Assembly: GCA_043228905.1 (NCBI GenBank)
Contig: JBHGNT010000010.1
Coordinates: 3,658,001 to 3,722,000, forward strand
Source: Azolla caroliniana
Lineage: Eukaryota; Plantae; Polypodiophyta
Reading direction: 5' to 3'
DNA length: 64,000 nt
Shown here: in pieces, positions 40,457 to 50,364 of the stretch
Numbering within the stretch: position 1 is the stretch's first letter
Layout: each line of letters opens with the position of its first letter
Translations under genes and position numbers: made by a program
Notes under the pieces: model-generated
Told to the model about the DNA's origin: nothing
Databases searched by the model: none
Seen by the model: the letters and a program-made list of their open reading frames with translations, nothing else

Positions 40457-41771
40457 AGGACCTAAAGCAATTTGGGCGGCCTTGGTGGTTGTGGCGGTTG
40501 AGGTGGAGGCAGGAGTGCGGATCCTAATGGCCGCCTTTTTTCCACCATGCCTTTTGGCCACATCACAGCCAAATTGCCACTTCCACAGCCAGATCGCCAC
40601 GTCACGACCAAATTGGCCCACGTCACGGTCAATTGGAGACATTAAATTCTCTCCTTTTATTTTTATTTTATTTTTGTCCGCATTGCATTCCCTAATGTCA
40701 TGATTAACATTATATCTGCCAATTTGTACCTATATACTATATCTTTTTTTTTTCCTTCCTTTTTTTTATATATAGTACAATTTGTTAAAGAGAAAAAAAA
40801 GAAAGGTTTTGTCTTCCATGGGCCGGGCTTCTAATGTTAGTACCATTTTGATGCAAGCTCTCATTTTGTGGTTGAATGAATGCAGTGAAGGCTATATACA
40901 TATATATTAGGTCTGTATACATACACGCACACCATTGGAAAGAGGCCACTAGAGTCCAGAGAGGCCATCTATGTATCCAACAACTCCAATGTTCCTCGAA
41001 ACAATTGAATGACACATGTATTCTCACACACTACTCGTAAATTGCCAATCATGAATCTATGAGAGCACCATATCTTGTCATGTGCATGGATGGGATTCTT
41101 GATAGGTCTCCATGTGAGAGAGGCCTTTCGAGTGGGGCCAAAGTAGTTGTTAAATCCCATCTCCTTGTTTGTTCTCACGTCTCCCTCGGTTCACTCACTT
41201 TCACATTGGCTCGGAAACCCTGATCATTTTTCTCTCCTCTTTCTTCGTTGTTGTGCTCCCTTCTTACGTGTTTAGGAAGGAACTTTTTCGCATTTTGTGC
41301 GTATAAAGTGTAGCCCCTCCTCGGCGGAAGTGTCCAATATTGGAAAAACTCATTCATAGATTGTGCCTACCTTGCCTTTACAATTCGCATTTTTCCAATG
41401 TGAGAAACTCTCGCATTTCTTATTCACCATTCTCCCTACCTTGTTGCCTTTATAGAAATCTCTTATGTTGGGTTGTATATTTATGGTGTGTAGCTCGAAT
41501 GCGTGGGTGGCATTTGGTAATGGTTCGGTTAGGTCCTGGAGTCTCAAAATCAAACACTATAAAATTTTTGATACCTAGATTGGTCTTAGTGGCAAAACCA
41601 TTTCACCCAAATCTCTTGAGGTATTTCGAAGCTCAAATCAAATGGTTCAAGATATTCACTAACCTATAATCTATTGAGCCTTGTTTTCATGGTTTGATAC
41701 AAACCAATATTTTGTGTTAACTTTTGCACAATTCTTTAACAAAGAAATTTCTAACTAAAAGTCACCTGCTT

Positions 41772-41879
41772 CAAAGATTTTTTTTTTTTTTTTTTTTCTT
41801 CAAAGATTTTCTTCAATAGTATTAAGAAAAAACACCCAAAGGCTACAACTTGAGCTTGTTTGCCCACAAGCTTACAACT
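41772..41879 (-). mobile_element. Severely 5'-truncated LINE insertion with poly(A) tail and 17-bp TSD
   Basis: Reverse complement matches the 3' UTR of the LINE at 32572-32646. Flanked by CTAAAAGTCACCTGCTT (41755-41771) and CTAAAAGTCACCTACTT (41880-41896). Confidence 0.8.
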
Positions 41880-42289
41880 CTAAAAGTCACCTACTTATAA
41901 AGTGAGCAAATAAGAAATATTGGATCCATAATATGAACCATAAGTGCATTTACCTTTGAGTATGGTAAACACCCTCAAAGTATGGTCAATACCATACTTT
42001 TGTATTCATTATTTACGATAAGGTAAAAGTTTTTTTAAGGTAGAAAAGTGAGATTTTTTTTTAAAAATGTAAGAAAAACAACATAGGTTTTCATAATATA
42101 CGCATTTGTTTGCAAACATTTGAAAACAAATGTTTGAGCAGAATAATGTGAATATTACATTCTCTTTGGATCTCAAATGTCATAATTTATTATGTTAATA
42201 GATTATATATCTTAATTTAATAAAGTTGATTCATATTTAATAAATATTTAAAAATTTTCCTAACCCTTAAATTTTTAAGCCATTAAAGC

Positions 42290-44270
42290 CGCAATTTGAA
42301 GCCATTTAAATTGCAAATCATTAAGCTAGTAAAGGCTTGGGCTAGAGATTTTATACATGAAAGAACTTGTGGTGCATTGTTGTTGGATTTTAGTGTGGTA
42401 CATATAGGAAACTCGCATATCGATAATTGATTACTACTTTTGAGTACTAATGTGGTTAGTTTGACAAGAGATGGCGTGACAAACACACCATCCTTCAACT
42501 TCAATCCTATCAAAGGGCTAGGCTTGCCTACCTACCTAAATGGCTTCTTATTATGGTGATCACACATCCATTTTTCTTCTTGTTAAAATGGTGTCCTTTC
42601 GAACTATACCATAGTAGGGAGATGGCTTCCCTATTCTGATAATCTCTCTTCTTTTAGATAGGCTAAAACCTTGAACTACTTAGCAAAAGGGTCTCAACCA
42701 ACAAGCTATGGCATATACCACCACTTTCTTGTTGGAATTAGTAATACACTATATTATGAACATGTACAACTCACATAAGAGCAACGATCAAAACGAAAAG
42801 AATGTTATTTATTACCATCAACACTTGGCAAAAGCATTGAGATCAATGCTTGTGACATGTAAAGAGTGCCATGGACAACCCGTGTTACAATGGGGCTCAA
42901 AGAAGATCATGCTACAATCACGAATATATAATCACTAGGATAACAAACATCTAAGTGGTTCTTGCCATGTTTGGGATTGCATTTAGAAAATTAATGGATT
43001 AACACAAATTTACCTAAATAGATACATTCTAGGCCAAACCTAAATATCATGGAAAAGAGCTGATCATAATTTTGGTTGTACATGAGCGACAAGATGCAAT
43101 GACATGTTTATTAAGATTCAACAAATGCACTCTATTCGCCTACATCATTTTCAATGTTTTTTGACCGTAACCATTATGTTATTTAAAAGTAGAGTTTCAA
43201 TGAGAATTCTTTTAGTGTAGTTAAGGTTGTCATGTGATAAAGTTTTCTTTTGAGGTGAGACACAAATGGAGTCTAACAAATGACAAAAAAGTCATCACCA
43301 AGTCCTTTAAAGTCATCATGGAGTCCTTGCTTTGCACAGTGGATGTTTTTAGATATGTCAATTTTGCGTACACCTATTCTCAAGTGCTAAAGTTATAGTG
43401 TTTATTAATCTCCAATGAATTTGTTGATTCTTTTATGGGAACGCGTTGAGATGTCCACCGACCTTGTGACTCATTCATGGTCATTTACGTTCTATGTTAT
43501 TAGAAATTATCATAACTTTTTTTGATTTCTACTCACGACTGATGACGACGTAGTTGTAAAGATAGGAAATGCACCCACTCTACTTTTTGGAGCTACATTG
43601 ATGTGAGCCTTCATAGATACAAGAAATAAAAAATACATCTAGCAGTGATGCCTGAAGATCTCAAATTGTATAGCATTCATATCTAAGATTTCAAGTTGGA
43701 GCAAAAAACAAATTGAAACAAGACAATGATCACTTGTCTTCTCAAAACCAATCATATCAACCCTCCTACATAGTTGTTAGAATAAGGATGTGAATGAAAC
43801 ATCTTCAGACTTGTAGGGATAACTATGGGCAATAATCTCATTGAGAAACTAAGAAAGGATTGGGTCATTACTAGATTTAGGAAAACTATTGAACAATGAC
43901 AAAACAAAACAATAAGTATGGTGATTGAATATCGTTCCTAAGTCCTACTCTCATAAACTTTGTTTTTTTTATTGTGTTGGTGTACACCCTCCGACACTAA
44001 GATAAAATGCTAACGTTCGGGGCTACCCCTCTTGGGTAACATTTAGCATTAGAGGTTGGCACTGGCACTCATTCCCACCGGCCAACACTAGCATTCTTGT
44101 GCAATGAGTATTTCCCTCAACATATCGTGATATGTGGTAGGAAAGAAGGGTTGTAGCTAATTCTAGCACATCATTTGCACTTGGACCCACAAAATTCCAC
44201 AACTTACATGTGAATAACAAAGGTAGAAAATAAGGTGACTATAAAACTCGAAGTTAAAATAGAACGACAG
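42290..44270 (-). mobile_element. Highly degenerate L1-like LINE remnant (endonuclease to RT)
   Basis: Scattered minus-strand motifs in the expected order: RRVD...TSDH (endonuclease end, ~43720-43770) and GCPW resembling QGCPL (~42870). Confidence 0.35.
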
Positions 44271-44312
44271 TGTGAAATGATGTACATCACAAAGATATTG
44301 AAGGGAAAAAGG

Positions 44313-44487
44313 GCCCAAATGGATGGAGCTCAATTGGTAAGGTTGTCCAATGGGGACCAGCCTCTACACTCCATAGTGGCACCTAGAAATTTAGGGTAAG
44401 GAAAGGAGGTGTGATAGTCTAGCCTTGAACGTACGGCCTTAAATGCTAGGTAGTTTAACAACTTATCGCTAGGGTAAGCTACTTACG
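44313..44487 (+). mobile_element. tRNA-derived SINE-like element, copy 4 (diverged, internal deletion)
   Basis: GCCCAAATGGATGGAGCTCAATTGGTAAGGTTGTCCAATGG head and a TAACAACTTA...GGTAAGCTA 3' module, as in copies 1 and 3. Confidence 0.7.
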
Positions 44488-45781
44488 AAAAGACAAAGGT
44501 GTGATAGATATGTTTGACACCTTGGTCATTATAGAACTCTCATGCATGCCCTCATGATTCAAAGAAATAAAAAATCTCCTTGATGTCAAAGCCGAGGTGT
44601 TAATTTCTAAACAAGAAAAATTGAAAATCCAAACAAAAAAATAGTTATAAATCTTGTAATTACAATTTATTCTAATTCTAACAAGGATGAATGATAATAG
44701 ATCTCATAGTTACGATTGATTCTAATTCTAATGAATTCCATATGATGAAGAATGAACGGGATAAGAAGATGGAAGCGAAACAAAGAAAGGAATGAAATTA
44801 ACACAAGACCAATGACATTGGCACCTTGGTCAATGTAGGCCTCTCATACATGCTCCTCATGATTCACATCCCTTTAGAGTCTCCCATGATCAAAGCCTAG
44901 GCATCAAATCCTAAAATCCCCCTTATATTATTGAAACTCGTTGCATTATGTAGCTCCCAATACTAGTGTCAATGACTAAAAGTGGGGCATCGTTTTCTTG
45001 TCTTCTTCCAGTTCCTTTGAAAATGTTGTCCACTACGGTTTCTTTGTGCATGGGCACCATATATCAACCAAACAACCAAAAATACACTTATTTTCTTGTC
45101 TTTCCTTGCTTTCTCAAATAATGTTGTCCACTACTTTTTCTTCATGTGTGGATAACAAATGTCAATCAAACAACAAAAGTACATCTAGTGCCTTTCGGTT
45201 GTCCTTGCATCTAGTTACCTAGTCTTTTTCTTCAAGCTAATCCTAACGGATATTGAACTATTGATAGTCTTTTAGTTGTTGCAAATAGCTCTTATCACTT
45301 TCAAACTATCATTTACGTTGTTTCTTAATTATGGTTGCTCTTCTTGAGTTAAAACTTTTCGAGGATATATTGTTTAATCGTATCTATAATAGATTTGGCT
45401 TTGGCCCAAGATTTTTAAAAGAAATTCGACTTTAGATTGTTAATGAAGTTAATCATTTTAATGTCATGAATATGGCTCAAGGCATTCACAATTGTATTGA
45501 CAAATCATTTTAAGCTATATAATGGAAAGTCAAAGTCCGTAATGAGCTTCACTCATTGTGTTGTATGACCCATGAGGTTCTATTGATCACATAATATTTC
45601 AAGGACCATCGGTCATAGTTTCTGTATAGGTAGTATCTTTCTATTTCTTTGTATATTCTTAATCTTAAACAATGTTGTTTATGAATTATGTACGTCTAAT
45701 AATGAATAAAAGAAAGTTTTGTGGTCTCAAATGAACCAACTAAGTTAAATGAAGGATATTGTCACACATGTTCTTGAAGTA

Positions 45782-45989
45782 TGTTGAAGGTATTGGTCTT
45801 GTTGACTTGTGTGCTTTACCTTGTACGAGGTTACTATTATGGAAGCTTGTCCCTCCTGATGTGGGAAATGGTTGAAAAGCCGAAATCGGCCGAGAGGCGG
45901 AACGAGAGTTGGCTGGCCGAAATTGGCCAAGAGGTTGAATGGAGTTGACCAAATTGAGTAAGCCGAATGGTCAAATATATATGTATATA

Positions 45990-46043
<54 letters not shown>

Positions 46044-47806
46044 TATACGTATATATTGTAGTTAGGTTATAGATGATTGTGATCACTTGCGCGCAAAAGA
46101 AGAATAACAACGTAGTGAGTTGTGAGTAGTGAAGAACTAACGAAGAGAGCGCGATGCAGAGAACTGAGGGTGAGTAGAGCCGAGTGAGAGGAAAAGAGGG
46201 TTGGAACAACATGAGTTGTGTGAGAGACACATTGCTGCGATTGAGCGTGAGAGGAAGCAAAGAAAGAGAGGTAGAATAGAGAAGTCTTGAGAGAGCTTCA
46301 AACTTGAGGTAAACACAAACAAGTTAGGGTTTGGTGATGTTGGCTAGAACTATGGTTTCATACAGCAACCATTGAGAACTTCCATACCTAAACAAGTCGT
46401 ATCTTTATATGCTTTGTATTTCTTATTCTCACTAGTGGAAATTAGTTTTGCTTCGTGGGTTTTCCCTGGATTTAGGGTTTTCCACGTAAATCTGTGTATG
46501 ATCATTGTCATAGTGTTTGTGTCTCAAAATCAATCTTTTCTGGTTTTTCTTGTAAAGAAAAGAACTTGTCTTTACAAGTAGTGAAAACAAGCATTCTGAA
46601 CGAAGAGACAAGAAGAAAGGATAAAAGTACATTGTCTCAATCAAAAGCTAATGTGACACAAGAATTTGGTAGAGGAAGAAGCAAACATAGAAGTCATGAA
46701 AATAGAGACAAGTCCTATGCTAGGTTAAAGTCTAGAGGAAGAACCACATGCTTCTATTGTGGGAAACCTGGTCCTTTTCAAAAGAATTGTCGACACCTTA
46801 GGAAGGACAAAGGCATGACTGATGAGGTTGAACCCAATAAAATTTCTAATGATAAAAACACCTTAGCCATTGCAACCAAAGACGAAGATATGTTATTTAT
46901 TTGTGAACAAGCTAGTGTGAACCTTGCAAATGCTGAGTGCTCTTGGGTAGTTGATTTCGGTGCATCATTTCACCTAACTCCCAAAAGAGAATGTTTGTCA
47001 TCTTACACAACCGGTGACTATGGCTACATAAGGATGGGAAATGATGGTGAATGCAAGATTGTGGGCATAGGAAATGTGTGCTTGTTAATATATATTGGTT
47101 GCAGGTTAATATGTACACCATATTCCGGATGTCAGATTGAATATGATATCGGTTGGACGATGAAGGCTACAATGGTAGCTTTCATAATGGTGCATGCAAG
47201 TTCTGTAAAGGGAGTCTTATTGTGGCTCGAGCTCAAAAGCAGAACACATTGTATGTAATGCATGTAAAATTGTGAAGAGATGAAGCAAATGTGGTGGCCA
47301 ACTCAGATGGTGAGTTGTGGCATAAATGGCTTAGTCACATGAGCGATAGGGGAATGCATATCCTTGTTGAAAAGGATCTCCTACCAAAAGTGAAAGGAAT
47401 ACACCTTGAAAAATGCATAATAGAGCTACCTTTCACTCTAGGCCTCCGATGAGAAGAGAACATGCCCTAGAACTGGTCCACATAAATGTGTGCTATGTGG
47501 ATGCTCCATCACACCGTGTGGACAGTACTTCGTTACATTTATTGATGACTTCAGCAGAAAGGTGTGGGATTTCGTGTTGGTGTCTAAAGACCAAGTGTTG
47601 TCGGTCTTTAAAGAGTTTCATGCAAGGGACAGAAAGAGAATCTGGAGAGAAGTTAAATGCTGTCCGGACTCCAATAGACAATGGTGGTGAGTACAAAGTC
47701 CAATTTGAGTTGTATTGGCATCAAACTTGAGTATACAGTGCCGAAGACACTTGAGCTGAATGGTCTAGTAGAGAGAATGAATCAGACCATAATGGAAAGG
47801 GTAAGA
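45782..47806 (+). mobile_element. Truncated Tnt1-like Ty1/copia element (putative LTR 45782-46576; partial gag, protease, integrase)
   Basis: TSILNEETRRK, zinc knuckle CFYCGKPG..QKNC, protease WVVDFGASFH, LWHKWLSHMS, and integrase YFVTFIDDFSRKVW...DNGGEY...NGLVERMNQTIMERVR. The PBS and gag N-terminus are deleted. Confidence 0.85.
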
Positions 47807-47924
47807 CACAATTCGTAAGAAAAAAAGATTAAAAAGGGAAATTTTCAATAAAAAAAACATTACCTAGGGTTGAGAAACATTGCGATTCGAGGTGGAACAA
47901 ATTTTAGGGATTATTGGTACTTGA

Positions 47925-48667
47925 TTAGATATTGTAAGCATTTGGTACTAGCCTCATGTTGCACTTGAAGAGTAATCTTCTCAGAGGGTGATCAACCGAG
48001 TTGATATACATAGATATATACTTATTACAATGTGATAATAAGTGGTTGAATGCAAGCGCTACCGGTGAGAGGGTAGGGTACTTTGACCCACTCAAGTAAC
48101 TACAAATTTTAGCAAACACAAGCAAACATTGTTCCATACTTTGTACATGACTCAAATCTTCTATGGAGAGTGTATGGTCAACAAACTCATCAACAATGGC
48201 CTTGTCACTTGTGGTACAAATCAAGACATCTCTTAACTTTAGGGATTGTTGATATACATTATTAGAGTTGAATTCCATCTAGTAATGCAATCGAGACACA
48301 GTGGTTCTTGTTCCCCATTCTCATGCATGGTTTTTGAATATTTTTTAAATATAACACTACTCACTTTACTTGTGTGTATAGAATGTAATGTCTTCCTTAA
48401 CTTCATAGTAGGAGTAATAGCTTTTAATGTAGACTTTACACCAAGTTGATTTCATAGTATGAGTAATAAGTATGCACCATGCATCTTAACATATGTGATG
48501 ATTATAAAATGTCTTGTCCATGATGACTAAGTAATAACTGAGCTAATTCTTTTGATGCAACTAGAGATTCACTAGCACCATCAGAAGTTGTAGATAGAAT
48601 ATGTGAAGAGATACCAAATGACTTTAGACCCGAGAATAAAGCATTTCCGATAGGTTTTCCTCCTCAT
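47925..48667 (-). mobile_element. hAT-family transposase remnant, C-terminal part
   Basis: Minus-strand ILSTTSDGAS, ITRWNST and LSGSKYPT motifs typical of Ac/hAT transposases. Continues at 55400 beyond the gypsy insertion. Confidence 0.75.
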
Positions 48668-48957
48668 TGTCATGATATGGCAAGATTCGAACCCATGACC
48701 TTATGTTACATGGGTCGAGCCCTTGCCATAGACTATACATTTTAATACGAAAGATATTATTTTCATTTATTATTTCACTATAGAAAATTTATGTATATTC
48801 CAGATTTCTCTAGAACATTCTAGAAACTTCAGGAGTACTCCTGAAAACACTATATAAGGAGGTACAAGGCATTATTTCGAACCAAATCGGTTCAATGCCA
48901 GTCTTAAGCCTCCTAGCTACTACTGTATATTTTCTTCACATAATATATATCTCTTGT

Positions 48958-48994
<37 letters not shown>

Positions 48995-49128
48995 TCTCTC
49001 TCACTCTTTCCTTCTCTCGAGAGTTCTACACCTCTTTTAGTACTAATTCTCATCTTTTAGCACTAATTCCTTCTCTGTCTTAGTATTGTTCCTCACAGTA
49101 CTTCTCTGTCTTAGTACTGTTCCTGATA
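48668..49128 (+). repeat. 5' LTR of the gypsy element
   Basis: TGTCA...TGATA (decayed TGACA). TATATAA at 48851. Colinear with 55018-55399 but longer because of local duplications and (CT)n expansion. Confidence 0.92.
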
Positions 49129-49224
49129 GTTTGAACCAATTTCTTCTTCTTCCTCTTCTTCCTTTTATCTTCTTACTTCTCCCTCCCTTCATACTAATCT
49201 CTTATTCCTCTTTTCTCTCATACT

Positions 49225-50364
49225 ATGGCCAATGTTAGCACTCAAGAATTATTATATCAATCCGTTTTCTCGGAGTTGCAATGCTTGAAAGAGAAGTTTC
49301 TCGCATTGGAACAAGAAAATCAACGACTATTGGGGGATCTTCAACAAATCACTTCAGAGAAGCAGCAGACGCAACAACATGGGGAACTAGCGTTACGCGT
49401 GCAACAACTCGAAGCGACCAACAACATTGCAACAACAAGGACCAAATACGCAAGTGATTCATAAAGAACCCAAGATCGGCCTTCCTATGAAATCGATGGA
49501 ACGCGATCACAGTTTAGAGGATTCCTTAATAAGATACGATTAGTCATTCAAATGCATCCTTCCCGATATCCCACCGATGCATCACGAGTGGGTCTAGTAG
49601 GCACGTTATTAAGTGGCTCAACTTTGGCATGGTTCGCTCCGTTAGAAAAGGAATCTCCATTACTAAACAATTTTGAAGAGTTTATAAGTGAGTTTAAAGC
49701 CTATTTTGGAGATACTGATAGCATAACGACATCAATCAACAAAATCCGATGATTACGTCAAGGTGACCGTCTAGCCTCCGCATACGCTGCAGATTTCTGT
49801 CTACTTGCCTTCGATATCCCCTGGGATGGCCAAACATTAATGGAGCAATTTTGTTATGGGCTATGTAACGATGTCAAGGATTTACTCTTGACCTTCCCCG
49901 AAGAACCAAAGTGATTGACAGAAGCAATCAGTCGCGCTGTACGATGCGATAACCGCCTCTTCGAATGACGTTCAGAACGTCAGTTTCAAATGCCAAGGGC
50001 AAGATCGGAGCCCACCTACACTTCAGTTGTAGCAAAGCCTTTCCCAAGGGAGTCGTTTAATATGTCTCCAACAAATACTCCGACTCCAATGGAAATCGAC
50101 ACCACACGTCGTCGTGGACCACTATCAAAAGAAGAAAATCAGCGACGCTGGGCAAATCAATTATGTCTTTATTGCAGTGAACCGGGGCATATTGCAGTGA
50201 ATTGTCCCCATCGGCCAAGAAGGCAGGTAAATCAAATAACTGCTAGTACTAATAGTACTAAACTCGAATCTATTTCTCTAGGTGTGTCCGATAGTCCTAA
50301 TAGCCCAAGCCTTTCAAACAAATTTGAAATCCTTAGTCAAGTAGAAGAAGAGTTAAACGATTAA
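49225..50364 (+). pseudogene. Gypsy gag, disrupted
   Basis: Fragments 49225-49464, 49552-49752 and 49990-50364, with retrotransposon gag motifs (LLSG..LAWF, LRQG) and a CCHC knuckle. Confidence 0.85.

Noticed and set aside
38704-40703. Overlapping antisense and alternate-frame ORFs up to 275 aa over the protease gene
   Set aside because: Expected shadows of a GC-rich CDS, with no recognisable domains.
44510-44915. Two ~95-bp related segments with weak terminal inverted repeats
   Set aside because: Could be MITE or TRIM relics, but no TSD, PBS or PPT is visible to classify them.
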